From Nevskia sp. (GTDB lineage: Bacteria > Pseudomonadota > Gammaproteobacteria > Nevskiales > Nevskiaceae): a DNA stretch of 64,000 nt. The notes under the pieces are model-generated. The model saw nothing but the letters and a program-made list of their open reading frames with translations. It had not been told where the DNA came from and ran no database searches. The DNA is taken from positions 2,053-66,052 of the forward strand of contig JADGHB010000009.1 of NCBI GenBank assembly GCA_019689635.1, given 5' to 3'. How positions within the stretch are numbered: the first letter of the stretch is position 1; each line of letters opens with the position of its first letter. Below, piece after piece: positions 40,266 to 49,346 of this stretch. The position numbers and the translations under genes are program-made.

Positions 40266-41594
40266 ATGGATTCTACCCACATTCAGGCTCTACGCATCCC
40301 CCGCGACCAGCACCCGATCTCGCGCAGCCAGATTTCCCCCGGCACGCTGAAAGTGTTGTACACGCTCAAGGATGCCGGTTTCGAGGCCTACATGGTCGGC
40401 GGAGGGGTGCGCGATCTGCTGGCCGGACTCAAGCCCAAGGATTTCGACGTCGCCACCAGCGCGCGGCCCGAGGAGGTCAAGCGCCTGTTCCGGTCCTGCC
40501 GGCTGGTGGGCCGGCGCTTCCTGATCGCGCATGTGCGCATGGGGTCGGAGATCGTCGAGGTCACCACTTTTCGCGGCGCGATCACCGACAGCCACGAACG
40601 CGACGAGACCGGCCGCATCCTGTCCGACAACGTCTACGGCACGCTGGAGACGGACGCCTTCCGCCGCGACTTCAGCATCAACGCCTTGTACTACGACATC
40701 CGCGACTACTCGATCGTGGACTTCGCCGGCGGCATGGAGGACTTGAAGCGCGGCGTGCTGCGCCTGATCGGCGAACCGGAACTACGGCTGCGTGAGGATC
40801 CGGTGCGCATGCTGCGCGCGGTGCGCATCGCCAACAAGCTCGGCTTCCAGATCGATCCGGCGACCGCGGCGCCGATTCCGCAGCTGGCCTATCTGCTGCG
40901 CGAGATCCCGCCGGCGCGGCTGTTCGACGAGGTGCTGAAGCTGTTCTTGTCGCGCGAGGCCGTTGCCAACCTCGAGGGTCTGCGCCGCTTCGGCCTGTTC
41001 GCGCACCTGCTGCCGCTGACCGACGAGGCGCTGGAGGCCGACGACCCGACGGCGGCCGCGCTGGTGCGCCAGGCGCTGGCCAACACCGCCGAGCGCGTGG
41101 CTAAGGAGCAGCCGGTGACGCCGGCTTTTCTGTTCGCGGCGATGCTGTGGCCGGCTTACGCCAAACGCGTCGAGCAGCTCCAGCGCGAACAGGGCCATGT
41201 GCCGGTCGTGGCGCAGAACCAGGCGGCGGAGGAAGCGATCGCCGCGCAGCAGTTGCGCATCGCCATCCCCAAGCGCTTTTCGGTGCCGATGCGCGAGATC
41301 TGGGCGCTGCAGCCGCGCTTCCTCAATCGCCAGGGCGCGCGCGTCAAGCGCCTGCTGGCGCATCCGCGCTTCCGCGCCGCCTACGATTTCCTGCTGCTGC
41401 GCGCGCAGGCCGGCGAACCCGGCACCGGCGAGCTCGCGGCATGGTGGACGCAGGCGCAAAGCGGGCAACTCCCGCCGCCGCCCGAGGCGCCGCCGGCGAC
41501 GCAAGAGACGGCCCCGCCCAAAAAGCGCCGGCGGCGGCGCCGCGGCGGTCGCGGGCGCCGGCGCGAATCGGGCGATGGCCCCGGCGTTTCGTAA
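40266..41594 (+). CDS. pcnB: Poly(A) polymerase PcnB
   Basis: VGGGVRDLL...[23 protein letters not shown] and EDPVRMLRA motifs with an Arg-rich tail. Confidence 0.96.
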   Translation: MDSTHIQALRIPRDQHPISRSQISPGTLKVLYTLKDAGFEAYMVGGGVRDLLAGLKPKDFDVATSARPEEVKRLFRSCRLVGRRFLIAHVRMGSEIVEVTTFRGAITDSHERDETGRILSDNVYGTLETDAFRRDFSINALYYDIRDYSIVDFAGGMEDLKRGVLRLIGEPELRLREDPVRMLRAVRIANKLGFQIDPATAAPIPQLAYLLREIPPARLFDEVLKLFLSREAVANLEGLRRFGLFAHLLPLTDEALEADDPTAAALVRQALANTAERVAKEQPVTPAFLFAAMLWPAYAKRVEQLQREQGHVPVVAQNQAAEEAIAAQQLRIAIPKRFSVPMREIWALQPRFLNRQGARVKRLLAHPRFRAAYDFLLLRAQAGEPGTGELAAWWTQAQSGQLPPPPEAPPATQETAPPKKRRRRRRGGRGRRRESGDGPGVS

Positions 41595-42066
41595 GGCCTA
41601 CGTCGCGCTGGGCGCCAACCTCGGCGATCCGCCGACCGCGTTACGCACGGCGCTCCAGGCGCTGGCGCAAACGCCCGGCGTTCGCGCGCTCGAGGTTTCG
41701 AGTTTCTATCGCAGCGCTCCCGTCGGTCCCGAAGGCCAGCCCGACTACTGCAACGCGGTCTGCGCCTTCGAGACCGAGCTCACCCCCGAAGCCCTGCTCG
41801 AACGCCTGCAGGCGCTCGAGGCGGCGGCCGGACGCCAGCGCGGCGTGCGCTGGGGGCCGCGCACGCTCGATCTCGATCTGCTGCACGTGGAAGGCGAGAC
41901 CCGCGACACCCCCGCGCTGCAACTGCCGCATCCGCGCCTGCACGAGCGGGCCTTCGTGCTGGTGCCGCTGGCCGAGCTCGCGCCGCAGCTTGCCATTCCC
42001 GGGCGGGGGCGCGTGGCGGCGCTGGCGGCGGCGATCGACCGCTCGACCGTGCGGCGCTGGACTTAA
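41575..42066 (+). CDS. folK: 2-amino-4-hydroxy-6-hydroxymethyldihydropteridine diphosphokinase
   Basis: [31 protein letters not shown] and [16 protein letters not shown] motifs. Confidence 0.97.
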   Translation: MAPAFRKAYVALGANLGDPPTALRTALQALAQTPGVRALEVSSFYRSAPVGPEGQPDYCNAVCAFETELTPEALLERLQALEAAAGRQRGVRWGPRTLDLDLLHVEGETRDTPALQLPHPRLHERAFVLVPLAELAPQLAIPGRGRVAALAAAIDRSTVRRWT

Positions 42067-42113
42067 GGGACAGAAGTTTTTTCTCGGCGCTGGCTGCGCA
42101 GGAAGACCGACGG

Positions 42114-42142
42114 TTGGCGATCGCGCGGCCGGCGATTACACT
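42114..42142 (+). promoter_or_regulatory. Sigma70-like promoter of panB
   Basis: TTGGCG (42114-42119), N17, TACACT (42137-42142). Confidence 0.7.
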
Positions 42143-42151
42143 GCCCCCGGC

Positions 42152-42223
42152 GGGCGCATGCCTCAGTGGGCCGCCCTGATTTCGAATCGCCGGTGCCGGG
42201 CGTATGTCTCGTTGGGCCGCCCG
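42152..42223 (+). promoter_or_regulatory. Tandem bulged-hairpin leader RNA upstream of panB
   Basis: GGGCG-CAT-GCCT-CAGT-GGGC-CGCCC (42152-42176) and GGGCG-TAT-GTCT-CGTT-GGGC-CGCCC (42198-42222). Confidence 0.75.
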
Positions 42224-42311
42224 CCGCCATCCACCGGGAATTTCCCATGCAAGCGACTGAGTATCCGTGCGGGCCGTGGTGTCCTGGCCTCCCGTCGGCC
42301 GGAGGCCGCCG

Positions 42312-43226
42312 GTGAGCGCGCCGGCGCCGAGCGTGCAGCTCGCCGAGCTGCGGCGCATGCGCGAGGCCGGCGAGAAGATCGCCTGTCTGACCTGCTACGA
42401 CGCGAGCTTCGCGCTGCTGGAGGATCGTGCCGGCGTGGATCTGGTCCTGATCGGCGACTCCCTGGGCATGGTCATCCACGGCGGGACCACGACCACGCCG
42501 GTCACCGTGGAGCACATCGTCTATCACAGCCGTTGCGTGGCGCCGCACCTCAAGCGCGCCTTCCTCGTCGCCGACCTGCCGTTTTTGTCCTTCGCCACGC
42601 GCGAGCGCGCGCTGGACGCCGCGCAGCGGGTGATGCAGCAAGGCGGGGCCAAAATGGTCAAACTCGAAGGCGGACGCGAACAGGCCGACATCGTCGAATA
42701 CCTCGCGGTGCGCGGCGTGCCGGTGTGCGCGCATCTCGGTCTGCAGCCGCAGCTCATCCACAAGATGGGCGCTTTCAAGGTGCAGGGCCGCGACGAGGCC
42801 GCCGCCGAGGCCATGCTGCACGACGCGCAAGTCCTGCAGGACGCCGGCGCCGATCTGCTGCTGCTGGAGTGCATCCCCGCCGCGCTGGGCCGGCGCATCG
42901 CCGAACGTTCGCGTGTGCCGGTGATCGGCATCGGGGCGGGGCCGGACGTGGACGGGCAGATCCTGGTGCTGCACGACATGCTGGGCATTTCCCCGCTCGT
43001 GACGCTGGGCCGCAAGCCACGCTTCGTGAAAAACTTCATGGAGGGCGCGCCGGACATCGAGTCGGCCATCCGCGCCTATGTGCAGGCGGTGAAGCGCAAA
43101 GCCTATCCCACCGCGGAGCACTGCTTCGAAACGCAGACGGCGCCGGCCCTCGCCGGCGTCAAGACGGAGGCCAAGGCCAGCGCGGCTGTGCAAGGCCGAG
43201 CGCGGCTTCCCGCTTCGGATTCCTGA
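42312..43226 (+). CDS. panB: 3-methyl-2-oxobutanoate hydroxymethyltransferase
   Basis: EKIACLTCYDAS, LIGDSLGM, VADLPF, KLEGG and AHLGLQPQ motifs. GTG 42312 with GGAGG RBS at 42301-42305. Confidence 0.97.
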   Translation: MSAPAPSVQLAELRRMREAGEKIACLTCYDASFALLEDRAGVDLVLIGDSLGMVIHGGTTTTPVTVEHIVYHSRCVAPHLKRAFLVADLPFLSFATRERALDAAQRVMQQGGAKMVKLEGGREQADIVEYLAVRGVPVCAHLGLQPQLIHKMGAFKVQGRDEAAAEAMLHDAQVLQDAGADLLLLECIPAALGRRIAERSRVPVIGIGAGPDVDGQILVLHDMLGISPLVTLGRKPRFVKNFMEGAPDIESAIRAYVQAVKRKAYPTAEHCFETQTAPALAGVKTEAKASAAVQGRARLPASDS

Positions 43227-43245
43227 TTTCCGGGACGCCTTACGC

Positions 43246-44097
43246 ATGCGCACCGTCCGATCGGTCGGCGAACTGCACGCCGCGCTCGCCGCATGGCGCG
43301 CCGCCCGCGAGCCGGTGGCGCTGGTGCCGACCATGGGCAATCTGCACGAAGGTCATCTCGCCTTGGTGCGTCGCGCCCGCGAACTCGCCGCGCACGTCGT
43401 GGTCAGCGTCTTCGTCAATCCCTTGCAGTTCGGGCCGAGCGAGGACTACGCGCGCTATCCGCGCACCCTGGACGCCGACGCGCGCTTGCTGGAAGGCGAG
43501 GGCGTCGAGCTGCTGTGGGCGCCCGCGGTGGAGGACGTCTATCCGGGCGGATACCCGCCGGCGACCACGGTGCGCCTCGCCGGGGCGCTGGCCGAGCAGC
43601 TCGAGGGCGCGCACCGCCCCGGTCACTTCGAGGGCGTGGCGACGGTGGTCAGCATCCTGTTCAACCGCGTGCGGCCGGAGCTGGCGGTGTTCGGCGAGAA
43701 GGACTGGCAGCAGCTCGCCGTGATCCGCCGCATGGTGACCGATCTCGGTTGGGACGTGCGCATCGTCGGCGTGCCGACCTGCCGCGCCGCCGACGGCCTG
43801 GCGCTGTCCTCGCGCAATCAATATCTGTCGGACGAGGAACGTGCGCGCGCGCCGGCGCTCCACGCGGCGCTGCAGGCGATCGCCGCGCAACTGCGCGCCG
43901 GGCACCGCGACTTCGACACGCTGTGTGCGCAACAACGCGCCCGGCTGGAAGCGCGGGGGTTTCGTCCCCAATATCTGGAAGTGCGCTCGCCCGATCTGTC
44001 GCCGCCGCAGGCGAACGCGCGGGAATTCGTGGTGCTGGCCGCCGCTTATCTCGGCACCACGCGGCTCATCGACAACCTGCCGGTGCGCCTCGAGTAA
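43246..44097 (+). CDS. panC: Pantoate--beta-alanine ligase
   Basis: VPTMGNLHEGH, FVNPLQF, RPGHF.GV, GEKD.QQL and LALSSRN motifs. Confidence 0.97.
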   Translation: MRTVRSVGELHAALAAWRAAREPVALVPTMGNLHEGHLALVRRARELAAHVVVSVFVNPLQFGPSEDYARYPRTLDADARLLEGEGVELLWAPAVEDVYPGGYPPATTVRLAGALAEQLEGAHRPGHFEGVATVVSILFNRVRPELAVFGEKDWQQLAVIRRMVTDLGWDVRIVGVPTCRAADGLALSSRNQYLSDEERARAPALHAALQAIAAQLRAGHRDFDTLCAQQRARLEARGFRPQYLEVRSPDLSPPQANAREFVVLAAAYLGTTRLIDNLPVRLE

Positions 44098-44143
44098 GCG
44101 CGCGCCGTTCGTCGGGTTTCGCGGGCGGAACCGGAACGAACGC

Positions 44144-44172
44144 TTGGCGGAGACGGATCGCGGGGTTACACT
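44144..44172 (+). promoter_or_regulatory. Sigma70-like promoter of panD
   Basis: TTGGCG (44144-44149), N17, TACACT (44167-44172); both hexamers are identical to the panB promoter. Confidence 0.7.
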
Positions 44173-44207
44173 TCGGTGACGCCGCCGTGAGCGAAATCCA
44201 CGGCCAC

Positions 44208-44281
44208 GGGCGCATGCCTTAGGGGGCCGCCCTCGTAGTCAAAACCTCGATGCCGGGTGCATGTCTTGGTGGGCCGCCCGG
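44208..44281 (+). promoter_or_regulatory. Tandem bulged-hairpin leader RNA upstream of panD
   Basis: GGGCG-CAT-GCCT-TAGG-GGGC-CGCCC (44208-44232) and GGGTG-CAT-GTCT-TGGT-GGGC-CGCCC (44255-44279). Confidence 0.75.
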
Positions 44282-44306
44282 GGTCGCCAGTCGAAGGCAT
44301 TTCACC

Positions 44307-44687
44307 ATGCAACTGACGATGCTCAAGTGCAAGCTGCACCGCGCGCGCGTGACCCACGCCGAACTCGATTACGAGGGTTCCTGCGCGATCGACGGCCGTC
44401 TGCTCGATCTCGCCGGTATCCAGGAGTACGAGCAGATCCAGATCTACAACGTCGGCAACGGCGAACGCTTCACCACCTACGCCATCCGCGCCGAAAACGG
44501 CAGCGGCGTGATCTCGGTCAACGGCGCGGCCGCGCACAAGGCGCGCGTCGGCGACCGCGTGATCATCTGCAGCTACTGCACGCTGGATGCGCGCGAAGCC
44601 CGCAACCACAAGCCCAAGCTGGTCTATCTGGACGAGGCCAACCGCGTCATCCGGACCGCCAACGCCATTCCCGTTCAGGCCGCCTGA
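44307..44687 (+). CDS. panD: Aspartate 1-decarboxylase
   Basis: [17 protein letters not shown] cleavage site, [10 protein letters not shown] and NGAAAH motifs. Confidence 0.97.
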   Translation: MQLTMLKCKLHRARVTHAELDYEGSCAIDGRLLDLAGIQEYEQIQIYNVGNGERFTTYAIRAENGSGVISVNGAAAHKARVGDRVIICSYCTLDAREARNHKPKLVYLDEANRVIRTANAIPVQAA

Positions 44688-44778
44688 GCGTCGCGGGCGG
44701 AAGCGAAGCGGCTGAAGTCGGCTGGAAATGGCGGGCGCGCGCCCGCTAAGCTTTGCGCGTCCGCGTTTCACCCGCCTC

Positions 44779-46416
44779 ATGTCCGAACTCACCGACAGTC
44801 CCGCCTGGCGCGCCCTGCAAGCACAGGCCGCGCGCCTGCGCGTGCGGCGGATCGCAGCGCTGTTCGCGGACGACGCGCAGCGCGCAACGCGCTTCACCGC
44901 GCAGGCCGCGGGCTTGTATCTGGATTATTCCAAGCAGCGCCTGGACGCCGCGGCGTTCGCCGGGTTGTTGGAACTCGCCCGCCAGCAGGATCTCGGCGGC
45001 TGGATCGCGCGCATGTTCGCCGGCGAGCGGATCAACGCCACCGAAGACCGCGCGGCCTTGCACGTGGCCCTGCGCGCGCCGCGCACGGCCCGCATCGCCG
45101 TCGATGGCCGCGACGTGATGCCGGCGGTGCACGCGGAACTCGAGCGCGTGTGCAGCTTCGCCGAGCAAGTGCGCGATGGCCGCGTGCGCGGCCTGGGCGA
45201 AGCGCCGTTCACCGACGTCCTCAGCCTCGGCATCGGCGGTTCGGATGCCGGCCCCCGGCTGGTGTGCGACGCACTGGCGCACCAAGCCGACGGACCGCGG
45301 GTGCATTTCGTCGCCAACGTCGATCCCGCGCCGCTCGCCCGGCTGCTGCGAAACCTCGATCCCGCGCGCACGCTGGTGGTGGTCATCTCGAAAACCTTCA
45401 CCACCCAGGAGACCATGACCAATGCGCGCGCCGCGCGGGCCTGGCTGGTCGCGCGGCTGGGCGAGGCGGCGGTGGCCCGGCACTGCGCGGCGGTCTCGAC
45501 GCATCTGGCCGAAGTGCGCCGCTTCGGCATCGGGGAAGAGCGCATCTTCGGGTTCTGGGACTGGGTCGGCGGTCGCTATTCGCTGTGGTCGGCGGTCGGT
45601 CTGCCCATCGCTCTGGCGCTGGGGGCGGCACGCTTCCGCGAACTGCTCGCCGGCGCCCACGCGATGGACGAGCATTTCCGTTGCGCGCCCTTCAGCGAGA
45701 ACCTGCCGGCGATCCTCGGCCTGCTCGGCGTGTGGAACAACAACTTCCTGGGCCTGGCCAGCCAGGTGGTGATTCCCTACGCCCAAAACCTCGAACGCCT
45801 GCTGCCCTGGCTGCAACAACTGGAGATGGAATCCAACGGCAAGCGCGTGGACCGCGATGGACACGCGGTGGACTACGCCACCACGCCGGCGCTGTGGGGC
45901 GACGTGGGCACCAACGCCCAGCACGCCTTTTTCCAGATGCTGCATCAAGGACCGGCGGTCCATGCGCTGGATTTCATCCTTCCGCTCGCGCCCTCCGATC
46001 CGGCACTCGCCGCGCAGCACCGGCTACTCGTCGCCCATGGCCTGGCGCAGAGCGCGGCGCTGATGCGCGGCAAAAGCGAGGAGGAAGTGCGCGCGGAATT
46101 GCGTTCGCGCGGGATCGAGGGCGCGGCCCTGGAGGCGGCGCTGCCGCACCGCGTGTTCCCGGGCGACCGGCCGAGCAATACCCTGCTGTTGCCGCGGCTG
46201 GATGCTTTCCACCTCGGCGCGCTGCTGGCGCTGTACGAACATCGCACCTTCGTGCAGAGCGTGATCTGGAACGTCAACGCCTTCGACCAGTGGGGCGTGG
46301 AGCTGGGCAAGCAGCTGGCCGGCAAGGTGCTCGAGGCGCTCGAAGGACGGGGAACGCCGCCCGATCCGTCCACCGCGAACCTGATCGAGCGCGTGCGCGA
46401 TGCCCAGGCTCGCTGA
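44779..46416 (+). CDS. pgi: Glucose-6-phosphate isomerase
   Basis: DYSKQ, LGIGGS, SKTFTTQET, FWDWVGGRYSLWS, LQQLEMESNGK and FDQWGVELGK motifs. Confidence 0.97.
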   Translation: MSELTDSPAWRALQAQAARLRVRRIAALFADDAQRATRFTAQAAGLYLDYSKQRLDAAAFAGLLELARQQDLGGWIARMFAGERINATEDRAALHVALRAPRTARIAVDGRDVMPAVHAELERVCSFAEQVRDGRVRGLGEAPFTDVLSLGIGGSDAGPRLVCDALAHQADGPRVHFVANVDPAPLARLLRNLDPARTLVVVISKTFTTQETMTNARAARAWLVARLGEAAVARHCAAVSTHLAEVRRFGIGEERIFGFWDWVGGRYSLWSAVGLPIALALGAARFRELLAGAHAMDEHFRCAPFSENLPAILGLLGVWNNNFLGLASQVVIPYAQNLERLLPWLQQLEMESNGKRVDRDGHAVDYATTPALWGDVGTNAQHAFFQMLHQGPAVHALDFILPLAPSDPALAAQHRLLVAHGLAQSAALMRGKSEEEVRAELRSRGIEGAALEAALPHRVFPGDRPSNTLLLPRLDAFHLGALLALYEHRTFVQSVIWNVNAFDQWGVELGKQLAGKVLEALEGRGTPPDPSTANLIERVRDAQAR

Positions 46417-47284
46417 GCGCGCTGCGCTGCTGACGGCGGCCTTGGTTGCCGGGCTTGCCGGCTGTGTCGCGGCGCGAACGCCCCTGAGCCGTTTCGACAC
46501 GGGTTCCGCGGCGGTGGAAATCGGTACGCCGGAATTCGTGCCCCAGGCGCGTTATCCGAGCGTAGAAGCGCTGCGCGCCGAAATCCGCGGACGCGGCCTG
46601 CTGCCCCTCGTCCTGCAGTCGGTGCGACCGCAACCCGAGGCCATCGCGCAACTCCGCGCGGGACAGCCGGTGCTGGTGCGGCTTTCGCGCGGGCTGCCGT
46701 TTTTTGCCCATCTCGACTACGCCGCGTGGGTGGGCGTGGATCCGGCGAACGATCGCGTACTGTTGCGCTCGGCAGGCCAATCCGCGCAGTGGATGAATTT
46801 CGCCGATTTCAACACGGCCTGGCGCGCCGCCGGATCCTGGGCGCTCGTGGCCGCGCCGCCGCAACGCATTCCCTCTTTCGCCACGCCGGACGATTGGCTG
46901 TCCGAAGCGGCGTCGCTGGCCGCCACGCAGCCGGCGGCCGCTGGACAGGCTTACCTCGCGGCTAGCCGTCGCTGGCCGCAGTCGCCTGCGGTCTGGTTGG
47001 CGCTGGCGCGCTGGCGCGAAGCGCACGACGATCTGCCCGGCGCCATGCTCGCGTATGCCGCGGCCGCGCGCGTCGAGCCGTCGAACGCGGCGACGCACGC
47101 ACGCCTGGCGCAACTGCTGCTGCTGCGCCAGTGCGCCGACCAGGCCGAGGACGAAATCGAACTCGCCTTGCGTTACGAAACCGATCCGCAACGACGCGCG
47201 GAAGACCAAGGCGTGCTCGCCCAGATTCGCGATCGCGGCGGACCATCGGTGGTCTGCGCGCTCGAACCGAATGACGGCGGCTGA
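46400..47284 (+). CDS. PA2778-like C39-peptidase-fold lipoprotein with TPR tail, apparently lacking the catalytic Cys/His
   Basis: Lipobox LAGC; VEI...FVPQ, AGQPVLV, LLRS, F...W...G.WA and AY..A..RWP match the family layout (from memory); the QCGP and WHY motifs are absent. Confidence 0.7.
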   Translation: MPRLAERAALLTAALVAGLAGCVAARTPLSRFDTGSAAVEIGTPEFVPQARYPSVEALRAEIRGRGLLPLVLQSVRPQPEAIAQLRAGQPVLVRLSRGLPFFAHLDYAAWVGVDPANDRVLLRSAGQSAQWMNFADFNTAWRAAGSWALVAAPPQRIPSFATPDDWLSEAASLAATQPAAAGQAYLAASRRWPQSPAVWLALARWREAHDDLPGAMLAYAAAARVEPSNAATHARLAQLLLLRQCADQAEDEIELALRYETDPQRRAEDQGVLAQIRDRGGPSVVCALEPNDGG

Positions 47285-47396
47285 GGACGCGCCGGCCGAG
47301 GCGACGCGCCCGACTGGCGGCGGGGCGAAAGCGAGGTTCGTCGCAGGCGCTAGACTTGCGACCTTGCCCGTGACAGGGGCATCGGGGGAACGCAGG

Positions 47397-49337
47397 ATGA
47401 ACAAGATTCAGCTCGGCTTGATCGGCGCGGTGATGCTGTGCGCGGGCTGCAGCGGCAGTTCTTCGCCGGCCGGCACCGCCGTCGATCGCGGACCGGCGCA
47501 ATGGACCACGCTGGGCACGCGCGCGGCCCCGAGCGCGCCGGAAACCGTCATCGCGCCCCAGGCGGCAGCGACGTGGAGCGATTACGATCCGCCGGCGCTG
47601 TACCCCAAGACGGCGCAGCAGAGCCTGCAATACATCGCCATGCCGGACGGCACGCGGCTCGCCGCGTACGTCACTTTGCCAGCCGACGCGAACGGCCAGG
47701 TGATTGCCGGGAGTTTCCCGACCGTTTTGATCCAGACGGCTTACAACGGCGGCGATGCGCAGTTCTCCAGCGCCATCGCGGCGCTGGGCGGCGCGGATCC
47801 CTACATCGTGGAGCACGGCTACGCCGAGGTGGTGGTGGACGTGCGCGGCACCGGTCAGTCGCAGGGTTCGTGGGATGCCTTCGGCCCCGACGAGCAGGCG
47901 GATTACGGCCACGTCGTGGACTGGGTGCTGCAGCAACCCTGGTGCAACGGCACCATCGGCGTTTACGGGGTGTCCTATCTGGGCATCACGGCCATCCTCA
48001 CCGCCGCACAGGATCATCCGGCGGTGAAAGCCGCGTTTCCCATCGTGCCCATCGGCGACGGCTACCGGGACATCGTCTTCACCGGCGGCCAGGTCAACCC
48101 CACCTTCATCCCGACCTGGCTGGCGCTGGTTTCGGTGCTGAGCCTGACCGATCCCATCCTGCTGACCAGCCCGCAGGTCGGCGTGGCGACCGTGCTGCAG
48201 CACTTGTCGAGCGCGGTGACCACCTTCCAGGTGCCCACTTTGCTGCGGGGTGTGGCCGGCGATCCGGCGACGGCCTACGACGGCGATTTCTGGACAGTGC
48301 GTTCGCCGCTGGAGGTGGACGGCAACATCCGCGTGCCGACCTTCGTCGTCGGCGGGCTGCACGATTTGTTCCAGCGCAGCGAGCCCATGAGCTACGAAGC
48401 CGTCAAGACGCATGCCCCGGCCAAGCTGCTGATCGGCCCCTGGACCCACATCCAGGCCGCGCTCGGTCAAGGCTTGCCGGCCGACGGCGTGCCGGCGCTC
48501 AACCACATCGAGCTGCGCTGGTTCGACCAATATTTGAAGGGGATGGACGTGGGCGCGGACCGGCTGCCCAACGTCACTCAGTACGTGCTCGGCTACGGTC
48601 ACTACGTGACGGCCAGCGACTGGCCGCATCCTCAGGCGCATGCGTTGCGCCTGTACCTGCACGCGGACAAGAGCCTGTCGGATCGGCCACCGGCCGCGGA
48701 CGAGGCGCCGAACACGGCGCTCCAGGAGCCGCTCAACGGCCTGTGCTCGATCAGCACCGATCAGTGGACCGCGGGTCTGGTGGGCCTGATCCCGCTGCCC
48801 TGTTTCAGCAACGCGGAGCTCGCCGAGACTTTCGACGTGAAATACGAGACCGCGCCGCTCGACGAGGACACTTACATCAACGGCCCGATCGAGGCGGACG
48901 TGTGGATTTCCACCACCGCGCAGGATGCCGGCGTGTCGGTGCGCATCGACGACGTCGATCCCAGCGGCAGCGCCACGCCCTTGACCAACGGCATCCAGAC
49001 CGCCTCGTTGCGCGCGGTGGACGCAGCTCGCTCGCGCACGCTCGACGGCCAGCGTATCCAGCCCTGGCATCCCTATACCCAAACGTCGGTGCAGCCGCTG
49101 ACGCCGGGGCAGGTCGTCGAGATTCCGGTGGAGATTTTCCAGACCAGCGCGCTGATCGCCAAGGGACATCGCCTGCGCGTGGCGATCGGCGCGAGCGATC
49201 TGCCGCAGGGCGTGCCGCCGCTGCCGACTTTGCTTCAATCGCTCGCTGGCGTGCTCAGCCTGCACAGCGACGCCGCGCATCCCTCCAGCGTCGTGCTGCC
49301 GGTGGTGCCGGCCAGCGCGCTGCAGGCGCCGCACTGA
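47397..49337 (+). CDS. CocE/NonD-family hydrolase (lipoprotein)
   Basis: Lipobox CAGC, DVRGTGQSQG, nucleophile GVSYLG, LLIGPWTH, and a C-terminal PepX_C-like domain (GHRLRVAI). Confidence 0.92.
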   Translation: MNKIQLGLIGAVMLCAGCSGSSSPAGTAVDRGPAQWTTLGTRAAPSAPETVIAPQAAATWSDYDPPALYPKTAQQSLQYIAMPDGTRLAAYVTLPADANGQVIAGSFPTVLIQTAYNGGDAQFSSAIAALGGADPYIVEHGYAEVVVDVRGTGQSQGSWDAFGPDEQADYGHVVDWVLQQPWCNGTIGVYGVSYLGITAILTAAQDHPAVKAAFPIVPIGDGYRDIVFTGGQVNPTFIPTWLALVSVLSLTDPILLTSPQVGVATVLQHLSSAVTTFQVPTLLRGVAGDPATAYDGDFWTVRSPLEVDGNIRVPTFVVGGLHDLFQRSEPMSYEAVKTHAPAKLLIGPWTHIQAALGQGLPADGVPALNHIELRWFDQYLKGMDVGADRLPNVTQYVLGYGHYVTASDWPHPQAHALRLYLHADKSLSDRPPAADEAPNTALQEPLNGLCSISTDQWTAGLVGLIPLPCFSNAELAETFDVKYETAPLDEDTYINGPIEADVWISTTAQDAGVSVRIDDVDPSGSATPLTNGIQTASLRAVDAARSRTLDGQRIQPWHPYTQTSVQPLTPGQVVEIPVEIFQTSALIAKGHRLRVAIGASDLPQGVPPLPTLLQSLAGVLSLHSDAAHPSSVVLPVVPASALQAPH

Positions 49338-49346
49338 GGCCGTCGA

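Noticed and set aside
43130-43226. About 32-aa C-terminal extension of PanB beyond EHCF
   Set aside because: Low-complexity Ala-rich tail, most simply explained by stop-codon drift.
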